A stretch of 53,418 nucleotides of DNA, from NCBI GenBank assembly GCA_945883745.1, contig CAMCYH010000004.1:1-53418 (forward strand), written 5' to 3'. The stretch is from Candidatus Kuenenia stuttgartensis (GTDB lineage Bacteria > Planctomycetota > Planctomycetia > Pirellulales > UBA1268). Position 1 is the stretch's first letter. Every line of letters starts with the position of its first letter. The notes under the pieces were generated by a model. That model made no database searches. It saw only the letters and a program-made list of their open reading frames with translations, and was not told the origin of the DNA. A program made the translations under genes and the position numbers. Shown here piece after piece: positions 1 to 12,831 of the stretch.

Positions 1-2519
<2,519 letters not shown>

Positions 2520-2611
2520 TGCCGCCGCTTGCCTGACAGGGAAGCCGGCTGGCACAATCAATGGTGATCCGGCGCTGGGCCGGCATACCGCGATCCCCCG
2601 GGAGATGTTCG

Positions 2612-3169
2612 ATGCCGGCCGATGACATTCTGCTCGACGCCGAGGAACGGATGGAGAAGGCGGTGGAGGTGTTTCGCCACGCCCTTACAGGCATCCGCAC
2701 CGGCCGAGCCAACCCCGGCCTGGTCGATACGCTCAAGGTGGAGGTGTACGGCTCGTTCACGCCGATCAAGGCACTGGCGAGCGTCGGGGCACCCGAGCCC
2801 AACCAGATTGTCGTGCGTCCCTTCGATCCGGGTACGATCAAGGACATCGAAAAGGCGATTCATGCCGCCGACCTCGGCCTGAATCCCCAGAGTGACGGCC
2901 GCCTGATCCGCATCACGATTCCGGCCCTGTCGACCGATGTCCGCAAGAAGATGACCGCCCGCATCAAGGAACTCGCCGAGGAGGCCCGCGTGGCCATTCG
3001 CAACGTCCGCCGCGATGCCAACAAGGCGGCCGACGGGGAGAAGACGGACGGGTCGATGACCGAGGACGACGTCGAGAGTGTCAAGGAAGACGTGCAGGAA
3101 CTCACCAAGAAGTTCGAGAGCCAGGTGAGCGACCTCGCCAAGGCGAAGGAAGTTGAAGTGATGGAGTAG
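2612..3169 (+). CDS. frr: Ribosome recycling factor
   Basis: MPADDILLDAEERMEKAVEVFRHALTGIRTGRANPGLVDTLKVEVYGSFTPIKALASV... is collinear with bacterial Frr. GGGAGA lies ~8 nt upstream of the ATG at 2612. The ORF-track start at 2561 would add a non-conserved 17-aa extension. Confidence 0.93.
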   Translation: MPADDILLDAEERMEKAVEVFRHALTGIRTGRANPGLVDTLKVEVYGSFTPIKALASVGAPEPNQIVVRPFDPGTIKDIEKAIHAADLGLNPQSDGRLIRITIPALSTDVRKKMTARIKELAEEARVAIRNVRRDANKAADGEKTDGSMTEDDVESVKEDVQELTKKFESQVSDLAKAKEVEVME

Positions 3170-3199
3170 TGCCCGACGGCACCATGGCGGGGAGGCATC

Positions 3200-4153
3200 G
3201 TGCAGGCATCTGATGCGGCGCCCGTCGTCGTCGACGGCGTGGTGAAGCAATACGGCCGGCGGACGGTGCTCGACCGCGTGTCGCTCGACGTGCCGCCGGG
3301 AATCACGGGGCTGGTGGGGCCCAACGGCGCCGGCAAGAGCACGCTCGTGCGGGCCATGCTCGGGCTCGTGCGGCTGGCTGCCGGGAGCGTGCGGGTGTTT
3401 GGCCTCGACCCGGTCACGTCTCCGCGGCAGGTACGGCAGCTGGTAGGAGTGGTGCCAGAAGATGAGTGCACCGTGCCGGGCCTCGCTGCCGTGGAGATGG
3501 TGCGGTATGCCGCCCGCCTCTCCGGCCTGCCCAGCGTCGAGGCGCTCCGCCGCGCCCATGAGGTGCTCGACTGGTGCGACGCGGGGCAGGAACGGTACCG
3601 CCCGGTCGAGACGCTTTCGGTCGGGATGCGTCAGAAGGTGGCGTTCGCGGCGGCCATCGTCCACGACCCGCAGCTTGTGATCCTCGATGAGCCGACCAAC
3701 GGCCTCGATCCGATCGAACGGCGGGCGATGCTCGGCCGGCTGCAGACGCTGGCTCGCCGGCACGGCAAGACGGTGTTCGTATCGACCCACGTGCTCCCCG
3801 ACGTCGAGGCGATCTGCGATCATGTGATCGTGCTGGCTGGCGGCCGCGTGCGACTGGCGGGCTCGATCGAGTCGCTCACGCGGCCGGCCGCCGCGGAGAC
3901 GCGGCTGGAAGGGACCGGGCCGCTCGACGATCTTGCGGAGCGGCTCCGCCGGGCTGGCCTTGCCGCGCGGGTCGCCGACCCGCGCGGGATCGTGTTCCCC
4001 ACGCCCGATGCGGCCGGCATCGCCGCGGTCTGGGGTGCGGCCACGGCTGCGGGCGTGGCCGTGTCATCGCTCGCAGGAACCCACCGTCCCCTGGAAGAGG
4101 TCTTCATGCAGGCCATCGCGACGTCACAGGAGCCTGGCCATGCCGCTGCATGA
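3200..4153 (+). CDS. ABC transporter ATP-binding protein (pair 1)
   Basis: Walker A GPNGAGKST, signature LSVGMRQKV, Walker B LVILDEPTNGLD. GTG start preceded by GGGGAGG. Confidence 0.85.
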   Translation: MQASDAAPVVVDGVVKQYGRRTVLDRVSLDVPPGITGLVGPNGAGKSTLVRAMLGLVRLAAGSVRVFGLDPVTSPRQVRQLVGVVPEDECTVPGLAAVEMVRYAARLSGLPSVEALRRAHEVLDWCDAGQERYRPVETLSVGMRQKVAFAAAIVHDPQLVILDEPTNGLDPIERRAMLGRLQTLARRHGKTVFVSTHVLPDVEAICDHVIVLAGGRVRLAGSIESLTRPAAAETRLEGTGPLDDLAERLRRAGLAARVADPRGIVFPTPDAAGIAAVWGAATAAGVAVSSLAGTHRPLEEVFMQAIATSQEPGHAAA

Positions 4154-5270
4154 CGTCGGCTACCGCGGCTGGACGGGGCGTCGCCGCGGGCCCGGGCAGG
4201 CCATTGGCGTGATCATGACGACCGGCATCCGCCTGGCCTGGACGAGCCGTTGGCTGCGGCGGGCGCTCTTGTTTGCATGGAGCCCTGCGCTGTTCTTTGC
4301 GGCCAGCTTCTTCGCCTTCGAGCAGGCGATCGACGAGGGGAGGCTCTCGTCGATGCGGGACGGGGCCCGCATGGGCCGCAACCTCGATGGCGTGGGAATG
4401 CTCGGCACGGTGCTGGCCGACACGCTCGGCCGACAGAGCGGAGCCGACGCGCCCAAGACGGAAGAAGAGGAGATCGCCCAGACACGTCGGCTCGTGTGGT
4501 CGCGGCTCCTCCTGGCGTTTGTGCGGGCGCCGCAGGCGGTGTTGTTGGCGGTGGTGGTCGGGCTCATCGCCCCGGCGCTCATCTCGCGTGACCTGCGGGC
4601 CAAGGCCTGGCTCATCTATTTCACGCGGCCCGTCAGCCGACTCGAATACATCCTCGGCAAAGGGCTCGTGCTGGCGGTGATCATCGCCGGAATCACGATG
4701 CTGCCCGGCCTCGCGCTGTGGCTCATGGGCGTGCTGGTCAGCCCGAGTGTGTGGGTGGCTGTGGCGACGTGGGATCTGCCTCTGAAGGTGATCGCCTCGA
4801 GCATCGTGCTGATGGTACCGACCGCGCTGCTCGCCCTGGCGTATTCGTCGCTCACTGCGGAGAGCCGGATCGCCAGCTTCGCCTGGTTCGCCACCTGGGC
4901 CGCCTGCTGGATCGCCCACTCGTCGCTGACGACCGCCGACATGATGGCCGTCGCGAATGACCCGGCCGCGAGAGTCGACCGTGACCCATCAGGGAGCCTG
5001 TGGGGCGATTTCGATGCGGCCCTCGGCGGTGCCGACAGGCCGCCGCCCCGCAAGGTCCGGTGGTTTGCCAAGGCGGCCGGGCTTGATCCCGCGATCGATC
5101 CTTGGGCCTGGATCTCCCCCTATCACTCGCTTGGCGTCATGCAGGGCTGGGTCTTTGGCATCGAGCGGCGTCCGCAGGCCATTCTGCCGCCGCTGGTGGC
5201 GCTCGTGACGCTCTCGGTGATCTCGATCGTGATCCTGTGGCGGCGGGTCGACGCGCCGGCGCGGGCCTAA
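4140..5270 (+). CDS. ABC-2-type permease-like membrane protein (pair 1)
   Basis: Start MPLHDVGYRGWTGRR overlaps the upstream ATPase stop by 14 nt. Multiple TM helices. The block LISRDLRAKAWLIYFTRPVSRLEYILGK is typical of ABC-2 permeases. The longer ORF-track form (3933) overlaps the ATPase and is rejected. Confidence 0.6.
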   Translation: MPLHDVGYRGWTGRRRGPGQAIGVIMTTGIRLAWTSRWLRRALLFAWSPALFFAASFFAFEQAIDEGRLSSMRDGARMGRNLDGVGMLGTVLADTLGRQSGADAPKTEEEEIAQTRRLVWSRLLLAFVRAPQAVLLAVVVGLIAPALISRDLRAKAWLIYFTRPVSRLEYILGKGLVLAVIIAGITMLPGLALWLMGVLVSPSVWVAVATWDLPLKVIASSIVLMVPTALLALAYSSLTAESRIASFAWFATWAACWIAHSSLTTADMMAVANDPAARVDRDPSGSLWGDFDAALGGADRPPPRKVRWFAKAAGLDPAIDPWAWISPYHSLGVMQGWVFGIERRPQAILPPLVALVTLSVISIVILWRRVDAPARA

Positions 5271-5281
5271 CGGCAGGCATC

Positions 5282-6208
5282 ATGATCCACATCACGCACC
5301 TTACGAAGCTCTACGGGTCGGTGATCGGCGTCAACGACGTGACGGTCGATCTCGACGTCGGCGCCCACGGCCTGCTGGGCCCCAATGGCGCGGGCAAGAC
5401 GACCTTTCTCGGGCTCATCACTGGCCAGCTCCGGCCGACGATGGGGCGGGTGGAGGTGTTTGGCGAGCCGCCGTTCGCCAATCCGCGGGTGCTGCGGCGG
5501 ATCGGCTACTGCCCGGCCGCCGACTTGGCCGAGCGACATGCCACACCCCAGGCGTGGGTGCGGTATCTCGTTCGGCTTTCGGGCTTCACCGGAGGCGAGG
5601 CCGAGTCGCGTGCCGAGCGGGCGATCGAGCAGGTGGGGCTCGACTCGGCATCACGACGGCCGATCGCCACGCTTTCCAAGGGAATGCGGCAGCGGGTCAA
5701 GATTGCCGGCGCGATCGCCCATGATCCCGATCTGCTCGTACTCGACGAGCCGTTCATCGGGCTCGACCCCGTCGCCCGGCACGAACTGGTCCACCTCGTG
5801 CGGGGCTGGTCTCGCGACCGCAGCCTCATCGTCGCCAGTCACCTGCTCCACGAAGTCGAGGCCCTCGACGCCGGGCTGGCCGTGATTCTCGGCGGGCGGC
5901 TCGTGGCCAGTGGCGCTGCGCTGGAGATCCGCAGCCTGATCGAATCACTGCCCGCGGAGATCCGTGTGCGGTGCTTCCCTCCGCAACGGTTCGCGGAGGT
6001 GGCGTGGCGAAGTACCGGCGTCGAGTCGGTGCGGGTCGAGTCGGAAGACATCGTCGTCGTGGCCACGCGGCAGCCGGCGGCCCTCGCCGCCGTGGCCCAG
6101 CAGGCGGCAGCGGATGGCCTCGCGATTGCAGAAGTGATGCCGGCTGATCGTTCGCTCGAAGGCATCTTCGGCCGACTGGTGCAGTTGCACCGGGGGGTGG
6201 GGCCGTGA
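5282..6208 (+). CDS. ABC transporter ATP-binding protein (pair 2)
   Basis: MIHITHLTKLYG..., Walker A GPNGAGKTT, signature LSKGMRQRV, Walker B LLVLDEPFIGLD. The start lies 11 nt after the previous stop. Confidence 0.85.
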   Translation: MIHITHLTKLYGSVIGVNDVTVDLDVGAHGLLGPNGAGKTTFLGLITGQLRPTMGRVEVFGEPPFANPRVLRRIGYCPAADLAERHATPQAWVRYLVRLSGFTGGEAESRAERAIEQVGLDSASRRPIATLSKGMRQRVKIAGAIAHDPDLLVLDEPFIGLDPVARHELVHLVRGWSRDRSLIVASHLLHEVEALDAGLAVILGGRLVASGAALEIRSLIESLPAEIRVRCFPPQRFAEVAWRSTGVESVRVESEDIVVVATRQPAALAAVAQQAAADGLAIAEVMPADRSLEGIFGRLVQLHRGVGP

Positions 6209-7023
6209 CAGGCAAGACACGCCGATCAAGCCCCACGGGCTTCATGCAGATGCCATCACTGTGGGGAGCCGTCGCCGTGGCCGGCTTCCAACTCCGGCGG
6301 CTGTTGACCCCGCCACGACTCGCGATGGCGGCCCTGGGCGCGGTGTTCCCCGCGGCGGTGATGCTGGCGGCCAGCCGCGCCTCCCGCGGCCGGCTCGATC
6401 CCGACCTGGCGGTCGTCCTGCTCTACGTGCTCATCCCGGAGGGCCTGTGCCTCTTGGGGCTCCTCGTGACGATGTGCCCGGCGGTCTCGGACGAACTCGA
6501 GCGGGGCACGTGGGTGCACGTGACCGTGCGGCCTTCCGGGCGGGCATCGCTTCTCCTGGGGACGTTTCTGGCAGCCGTTGTCTGGACGGGCTCCGTGGCC
6601 CTCATCGCGCTCGGGATCGCGCTGGCAGTGACGAAAGTCTGGCATCCTGAGGCCGTGGCGATGGCCTTTTCGGGCCTCATCGTGCTCTCCTGTATCGGCC
6701 GTGCGGCGCTCTTCGCGCTGCCGGCGGTGATCATGCCGAAGCGGGCGCTCGTGGCGAGCGTGGGCGTGGCGATCGTGGTCGAGTATCTTGCCGGGGTTCT
6801 TCCGGCGGTCGTCAATCAGGCGACGGTGAGCCTGCGGCTGCGGACCCTACTCGTGGAGTGGATGGGATGGCGACGGAAACTCCCCGTGGAAATCCAACTG
6901 CTCGTCGACATGCAGCCGGCCTGGGTGCAGGTGATCGCCGTTTTCATCGTGGCGGCGGTGTTCCTGACGGCAGCGCTCTTCATCCTCGAGCGGCGGCAGT
7001 TTCCGCCGAGTGAGGAGGTGTGA
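6205..7023 (+). CDS. ABC-2-type permease-like membrane protein (pair 2)
   Basis: GTG start overlaps the ATPase stop (GTGA at 6205-6208). About 6 TM helices. The block VSDELERGTWVHVTVRPSGRASLLLG resembles the ABC-2 permease E..ERGT...P.sR motif. An alternative start is M at 6244. Confidence 0.55.
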   Translation: MTGKTRRSSPTGFMQMPSLWGAVAVAGFQLRRLLTPPRLAMAALGAVFPAAVMLAASRASRGRLDPDLAVVLLYVLIPEGLCLLGLLVTMCPAVSDELERGTWVHVTVRPSGRASLLLGTFLAAVVWTGSVALIALGIALAVTKVWHPEAVAMAFSGLIVLSCIGRAALFALPAVIMPKRALVASVGVAIVVEYLAGVLPAVVNQATVSLRLRTLLVEWMGWRRKLPVEIQLLVDMQPAWVQVIAVFIVAAVFLTAALFILERRQFPPSEEV

Positions 7024-7024
7024 G

Positions 7025-7759
7025 ATGATCGAGGTCGTCGATCTCGTGAAGGACTATCGCGCCGGCGACGGCAGCGTGGTGCATGCCGTCGATCACATCT
7101 CGTTCACGGTGGCTGCCGGCGAGACGGTGGGCCTGCTGGGAGCCAATGGAGCCGGCAAGACGACCACGCTGCGGGTGCTGGCCACGCTCTTGAAGCCCAC
7201 CTCCGGCACGGCCCGCGTGGCGGGGTATGACGTGGTCGCCGACCCGGTGGGTGTCCGGCGGCACCTCGGCTATGTGTCGGCCACCACGGGAGTGGCTGAC
7301 CGGCTCACGCCGCGGGAAATCTTCACGTCGTTTGGTCGGCTGCACGGCCTTGATCGTGAGGCCACAGCGACCCGAGTGGAGCGGCTCCTTGCCGGGCTCG
7401 ACCTTACCTCGTGTGCCGACAGGCCGGCCGGCCGACTCTCGTCGGGGCAGCGGCAGCGGGTGTCGCTGGGGCGGGCGCTCGTGCACAACCCACCGGCGCT
7501 CGTACTCGATGAACCGACCAACGCGCTCGATGTCCTCGGTGCCCGTGACCTGCTGTCGATGCTCGGCCAATTACGCGGCGAAGGGCATGCGATCCTCATT
7601 TCGACCCATCGGCTCCACGAGATCGAGCATCGCTGCGACCGATTCGTGATCGTTCACATGGGGCGGATCGTCGCGACCGGCACTCGGGATGAACTCGTCG
7701 CCGACGGCGCCGGATTGGAAGATGCGTTTTTCGTGGCGGTGAGCCGGAGGGTCTTCTGA
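7025..7759 (+). CDS. ABC transporter ATP-binding protein, NatA-like (pair 3)
   Basis: [14 protein letters not shown]..., Walker [11 protein letters not shown], signature LSSGQRQRV, Walker [13 protein letters not shown]. The ATG lies 1 nt after the previous stop. Confidence 0.85.
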   Translation: MIEVVDLVKDYRAGDGSVVHAVDHISFTVAAGETVGLLGANGAGKTTTLRVLATLLKPTSGTARVAGYDVVADPVGVRRHLGYVSATTGVADRLTPREIFTSFGRLHGLDREATATRVERLLAGLDLTSCADRPAGRLSSGQRQRVSLGRALVHNPPALVLDEPTNALDVLGARDLLSMLGQLRGEGHAILISTHRLHEIEHRCDRFVIVHMGRIVATGTRDELVADGAGLEDAFFVAVSRRVF

Positions 7760-9927
7760 TGGCTCAGGATGGGCATCGCGTTACCGGCTGGTCCCGCTGG
7801 CAGGCGGCCGGCTGGGTGGCCCGCCGCGAACTGCTGGAATTCGTCCGCGATCGGCGGACGCTGGTCATCACGCTCCTCCTCCCCATGATCAGCTACCCGA
7901 TCCTCGCGCTGTCCACCACGCTCGGCCTGCGGACGGGAGTGATGGAGGCGGAGGCCCGACTGGCGCCGACGAAGGTGACGGTGGCCGTGTCGGGTCCCGA
8001 TGCGCAGGGGTTCATCGCGCGAATGCGAGGCATGATCGACGCGACCGAGCCCGCTGACCGCAAGGAGTGGCCGGCCGAGGCCGTTTTCGAGGAGATCAAC
8101 GCCGCCGTCGCCCAGGAGGTGATCGACAGCGGAGCCGCCGACCTCTGGCTTCATGCCGAGCGGGGGATGCTTGCGGGGTTGGACTCGGACCGCACCGTGT
8201 CGGTCACGGTGCAGTCCTCGACGATGCGGCCGCCGACGAACGCAGTCCGGGGGCAGTTTCTCGCGCTCATGGAGAGCTTCATCGAGGATGCGCGTCGTCG
8301 ACGGATCGAGAACGCCGGGCTTCCCGGCACCGTGCTCGATCCGCTTGCCCTGCGGCTGACAGGCGACCAGCCGCGTGGCGAGTTGCCGGTGGGGGAGATC
8401 ATGAACACCGTCGCCGGTGGGGTGCTGGTGCTCCTCGCGGTGCTGACGATGACCGGCGCCTTCTATCCGGCCATCGATGCGATTGCCGGTGAGAAGGAAC
8501 GCGGCACGATAGAAACGCTCCTCATCGCCCCCTGCTCCGCCCATGAGATCGTCCTGGGCAAGTTTCTGGCGGTGTTTGTCATTACGCTGGCCACGCTGGC
8601 GGCCAATGTCACGTCGATCACCGCCACCACCGCCGTGTCGCTCAGGCTGCTGGCCGGCAATGCCCCACAGTCGCTCGCCTTGACCACGGCCAGTGGCATC
8701 GCCATTACGCTCATCGTCTTTATCGGGCTGGCTGCCGTCGGGGCGGCTTTGTGTCTCGCCGTGACGACCGCCGCCAAAAGCGGCAAGGAGGCACAAAACA
8801 CGCTCACCCCGGTGATCCTGCTGGTGAGCGCTCTGGCCGGGGCGGCGCTCCTGCCGGGCATGCAGGCCAACCGTCTCCTGCCGGCAGCCCCCTTCGTGGG
8901 CCACGTGCTCGTGTCGCATGCGGCCTTTACAGCGGCTGAGTCGGAGGAGGCGACGTCGATCGCCTGGCCGCTTTTCCTGTCGCTGGGCTCGTCCGTCGCG
9001 ATCACCTGGCTGTTGCTGCGGGTGACGGCGGTGATGCTCACCGACGAAGATATCCTCTTTCGCGGTCAGGATTCGGCCGGCCCCGCGCTGGCCCGGCCGA
9101 GTCGTCGGGCGTTGCCGACGCTCATGCAGGGAGCGATTCCCCCGATCATGGGCCTGGCGGCGCTCTGGTATGCCCAGGCGTTTATGCCGAAGGATCTTCT
9201 CGTCGCCATTCCCGCGCAGCAGGCGGCGACGGTGCTTCTGCCGCTGGTGGTCCTGTTGTGGTGGCAGCGGGTCGATCTTCGGCAGACCTTTTCACTTCGC
9301 TGGCCGGGTTGCGGTGACGGACTGTCGGCCGGCATGGGGCTCGCGGGCGGCGCACTGCTGGGTGCTGGTGTATTCGTGATCGGTGCCGCCGCGCTCCTCG
9401 CCCTCCGCGGTGACGGCCTCAGCCCGGAGGCCAAGGGGTTATCGGAGCGACTGGTCGGCCTGATCCTCAGTCAGCCGTGGTGGCTGTCGTGGCTCTTGAT
9501 CGCCGTGCTGCCGGCGGTCTGCGAAGAGCTTCTGTTTCGGGGGTGGACGCTCGCGGCGTTTGCCGGACGCCAGCGAACGGCTGGTCGCGTTGCGCTGGCC
9601 GTTCTGGCTCAGGCATTTCTCTTTGCGGTGGCCCACGTGTTGCCGGAACGGATGCCGCAGACGTTCGCGCTCGGTGCCGTGCTCGGCTGGGTGACGATCA
9701 CGACCGGGAGCCTGCTGCCGGCGATCGTCGGCCATCTCGTTCACAACAGCATGCCGCTGGTAGTGCTCTTCGCTTCCGACTGCCCCCCCGACATGGTGCT
9801 CGATGGTGGGGGCGGCGGTCTGCCGGGAATCGACGCAGCCGGCATCCCCACCGGGGCGGTTCTCGCTGCAGCGGCGAGCGTCATCGCCGGGGCGGTCCTG
9901 ATCCAGGCCGCCGCACGGCTTCGTTGA
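7759..9927 (+). CDS. NatB-like ABC-2 permease fused to a C-terminal CPBP (CAAX-type) intramembrane protease domain
   Basis: TGATG junction with the upstream ATPase. The N-terminal ~440 aa have one TM, a large loop and 5 TM with IAGEKERGTIETLLIAP.S..EIVLGKF. The C-terminal ~250 aa carry the CPBP motifs EELLFRG, FAVAHV and HLVHNS. Confidence 0.8.
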   Translation: MAQDGHRVTGWSRWQAAGWVARRELLEFVRDRRTLVITLLLPMISYPILALSTTLGLRTGVMEAEARLAPTKVTVAVSGPDAQGFIARMRGMIDATEPADRKEWPAEAVFEEINAAVAQEVIDSGAADLWLHAERGMLAGLDSDRTVSVTVQSSTMRPPTNAVRGQFLALMESFIEDARRRRIENAGLPGTVLDPLALRLTGDQPRGELPVGEIMNTVAGGVLVLLAVLTMTGAFYPAIDAIAGEKERGTIETLLIAPCSAHEIVLGKFLAVFVITLATLAANVTSITATTAVSLRLLAGNAPQSLALTTASGIAITLIVFIGLAAVGAALCLAVTTAAKSGKEAQNTLTPVILLVSALAGAALLPGMQANRLLPAAPFVGHVLVSHAAFTAAESEEATSIAWPLFLSLGSSVAITWLLLRVTAVMLTDEDILFRGQDSAGPALARPSRRALPTLMQGAIPPIMGLAALWYAQAFMPKDLLVAIPAQQAATVLLPLVVLLWWQRVDLRQTFSLRWPGCGDGLSAGMGLAGGALLGAGVFVIGAAALLALRGDGLSPEAKGLSERLVGLILSQPWWLSWLLIAVLPAVCEELLFRGWTLAAFAGRQRTAGRVALAVLAQAFLFAVAHVLPERMPQTFALGAVLGWVTITTGSLLPAIVGHLVHNSMPLVVLFASDCPPDMVLDGGGGGLPGIDAAGIPTGAVLAAAASVIAGAVLIQAAARLR

Positions 9928-10023
9928 CGGACATCGGTCACGACACTAAATTTTGCGAAGATTTCTCCGGAAATTTCATCGCCCGTCCCCAGCAACTCGC
10001 TCCAGGAAAGGTCTCGTCCGCCC

Positions 10024-12810
10024 ATGGCCAAAACCCTCAAGAAGAAGTCCGCAGACAAGAAGTCGTCCCCGGGGGCCGGCAAGAGGGCGAAGGACGGTCG
10101 GATGATCTACTACTTCGGCGTCAAGAAGTGCGACGGCGACGGCTCGATGAAGGCCCTGCTCGGCGGGAAGGGAGCGAATCTCGCCCAGATGACGTCGATC
10201 GGCCTGCCGGTGCCCCCGGGCTTCACGATCACGACGCAGGTCTGCATCGACTACTACAAGCAGGGCAAGAAGTTTCCAAAGGGCCTCGAAGACGAGATGC
10301 GGGCCTACGTCAAGCTCCTCGAGAAGGAGACCGGCAAGAAGTTTGGGGATCATCACAAGCCGCTCCTGGTGAGCGTCCGCAGCGGAGCCCGTGACAGCAT
10401 GCCGGGCATGATGGACACGATCCTGAACCTCGGCCTCAACGACGAGAGCGTGAAAACGCTCGCTGCAGCGACCGGCAATCCCCGCTTCGCCTACGACTCC
10501 TACCGTCGCTTCATCCAGATGTACGGCGACGTCGTGATGGGCGTCCAGAAGGTGCACGAGAACGAGCATGAGCCGTTCGAGGAGGTGATGGAGGGTCTGA
10601 AGCACCAGCTTGGCATCCACAATGACACCGATCTTCAGGACGAGCACCTCCGCGAACTCATCAAGCGGTACCTCACGCTCATCAAGCAGCGGACCGGCAA
10701 AAATTTTCCGCAGGACCCGTTCGAACAACTGATGGGGGCGGTGGGGGCCGTGTTCGGCAGCTGGATGAACGAGCGGGCCATCCTCTACCGCCGCAAGTAC
10801 AAGATCCCCGACGAATGGGGCACCGCCGTCAACGTGCAGAGCATGGTGTTCGGCAACATGGGCGACGATTGTGCGACGGGCGTGGCCTTCACCCGTGATC
10901 CCGCGACCGGGGAAGACGTTTTCTACGGCGAGTATCTCGTCAATGCCCAGGGGGAAGACGTGGTGGCCGGCGTACGGACGCCGCTGCCGGTCGCCGAGAT
11001 GAAGCACGACCCGGTCTTCGCCGGCACCTACAAGGAGCTGGAGAAGGTGCGGCAGACACTCGAAAAGAAGTTTGGTGACGTGCAGGACTTCGAGTTCACC
11101 GTCGAGAACCGCAAGCTCTACATGTTGCAGACCCGCAACGGCAAGCGGACGGCGTTGGCCTACGTGAAGATCGCTCATGACATGGTCAAGCAAAAGTTGA
11201 TGACCGCGACCCATGCGATCCAGTCGGCCGACCCCGACGCCCTGTCGCAGCTCCTGGCCCCGATCTTCGATCGGGCCGCCTACGAGACGGCCAAGAAGAG
11301 CGGCCAGTTGCTGACGACCGGTCTGCCGGCCGGCCCGGGCGCCGCCACCGGCCAGCTGGTCTTCACGGCCGCCAAGGCCGAGCAGCTCGCCGAGAAGGGG
11401 GAGAAGGTGGTGCTGGCCCGGGTCGAGACGAGCCCGGAGGATCTCCGCGGCATGATCGCCGCCGAGGGCATCCTCACCAGCCGCGGTGGCGTGTCGAGCC
11501 ACGCGGCCCTCGTCGCCCGTCAAATGGGCAAGGTCTGCGTCGCCGGCGCCGGTGCGATCCAGATCGATTACGGCAAGGGCACGCTCTCGTGTGCCGGCAA
11601 GACGCTCCGCGAGGGCGATGCGATCTCCATCAACGGTTCGACCGGTGAGGTCTTCGCCGGTGCGATCAAGACGGCTGATAGCGAACTCAAGCAGGTGCTC
11701 GTTGCCAAGACGATGAAGCCGGAGGATTCGGAGGTCTTCCAGTATTACGACTTCATGATGAAGCTGGCCGACAAGCACCGCCAACTCGGCCTGCGGACCA
11801 ACGCCGACACTCCCGAACAGGTGCGGCAGGCGATCGCCTTCGGCGCCGAGGGTATTGGCCTGACGCGGACCGAGCACATGTTCTTCGAAGGCGACCGCAT
11901 CGACGCCATGCGGGAAATGATCCTCGCGGAGAACGAAGACGCCCGTCGCGAGGCCCTTGGCAAGTTGCTTCCCTACCAGCGGGAGGATTTCGAGGGCATT
12001 TTCCGGGCGCTCGAGGGGCGACCGGCCACGATCCGGCTGCTCGACCCGCCGCTGCACGAATTCGTGCCGCACGACGAGAAGTCGCAGGCCGACCTGGCCC
12101 GCAAACTGCGGATGCCGGTTGAGAAGGTGAAGGCCCGGGTCGAGTCGTTGCACGAATTCAACCCGATGCTCGGCCACCGCGGCTGCCGCCTTGGTATCAG
12201 CTACCCCGAGATCTCGGAGATGCAGGTGCGGGCGATCTTCGAGGCCGCCGCCAAGGTCCAGAAGGACGGCATCAAGGTGCGGCCCGAGGTGATGGTGCCG
12301 CTGGTCGGCTTCAAGAAGGAACTCGACAACCAGGTGGCGATCGTGCACCGGGTTGCCGAGAAGGTGCAGCAGGAGACAGGCCAGAAGATCAAGTATCTGG
12401 TCGGCACGATGATCGAGATTCCGCGGGGCGCCCTCACCGCCAACGAGATCGCCGAGACGGCCGAGTTCTTCTCCTTCGGCACCAATGACCTCACGCAGAC
12501 GACGCTCGGCATGAGCCGCGACGACATGGGCTCCTTCCTCCAAACCTACACCGAGGAAGGCATCTTCAAGGCCAACCCCTTCGCGTCGATCGATGCGACG
12601 GGCGTGGGGCAATTGATGCAGATCGCTGTCGAAAAGGGACGGAGCAGCCGCAAGGACATCAAGCTTGGCATCTGCGGCGAGCACGGCGGCGATCCCCACT
12701 CGGTGATCTTCTGTCATCACCTGGGGCTCGACTACGTAAGCTGCTCGCCGTTTCGGCTGCCGGTGGCAAGGCTGGCGGCCGCTCAGGCCGCCGTCGGGAA
12801 GACGTACTAA
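10024..12810 (+). CDS. ppdK: Pyruvate, phosphate dikinase
   Basis: [12 protein letters not shown], phospho-His loop [23 protein letters not shown] and CGEHGGDP. Full-length collinearity with PPDK. The canonical start would be M at 10102. The upstream 26 codons are Lys-rich but have coding-like GC3. Confidence 0.95.
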   Translation: MAKTLKKKSADKKSSPGAGKRAKDGRMIYYFGVKKCDGDGSMKALLGGKGANLAQMTSIGLPVPPGFTITTQVCIDYYKQGKKFPKGLEDEMRAYVKLLEKETGKKFGDHHKPLLVSVRSGARDSMPGMMDTILNLGLNDESVKTLAAATGNPRFAYDSYRRFIQMYGDVVMGVQKVHENEHEPFEEVMEGLKHQLGIHNDTDLQDEHLRELIKRYLTLIKQRTGKNFPQDPFEQLMGAVGAVFGSWMNERAILYRRKYKIPDEWGTAVNVQSMVFGNMGDDCATGVAFTRDPATGEDVFYGEYLVNAQGEDVVAGVRTPLPVAEMKHDPVFAGTYKELEKVRQTLEKKFGDVQDFEFTVENRKLYMLQTRNGKRTALAYVKIAHDMVKQKLMTATHAIQSADPDALSQLLAPIFDRAAYETAKKSGQLLTTGLPAGPGAATGQLVFTAAKAEQLAEKGEKVVLARVETSPEDLRGMIAAEGILTSRGGVSSHAALVARQMGKVCVAGAGAIQIDYGKGTLSCAGKTLREGDAISINGSTGEVFAGAIKTADSELKQVLVAKTMKPEDSEVFQYYDFMMKLADKHRQLGLRTNADTPEQVRQAIAFGAEGIGLTRTEHMFFEGDRIDAMREMILAENEDARREALGKLLPYQREDFEGIFRALEGRPATIRLLDPPLHEFVPHDEKSQADLARKLRMPVEKVKARVESLHEFNPMLGHRGCRLGISYPEISEMQVRAIFEAAAKVQKDGIKVRPEVMVPLVGFKKELDNQVAIVHRVAEKVQQETGQKIKYLVGTMIEIPRGALTANEIAETAEFFSFGTNDLTQTTLGMSRDDMGSFLQTYTEEGIFKANPFASIDATGVGQLMQIAVEKGRSSRKDIKLGICGEHGGDPHSVIFCHHLGLDYVSCSPFRLPVARLAAAQAAVGKTY

Positions 12811-12831
12811 CTTCACGGGGAGAGGTTCCCG

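Noticed and set aside
3933-4139. N-terminal extensions offered by the ORF track. Examples are 3933 for the first permease, 5102 for ATPase 2, 13055 for DASS, 44998 for ATPase 4, 46526 for the HflK-like gene, 49193 for the lone permease and 28592 for the TPR gene.
   Set aside because: The extensions overlap upstream genes or repeat elements, are Arg/Pro-rich and lack conservation signatures. Internal starts give canonical N-termini and sensible operon junctions.
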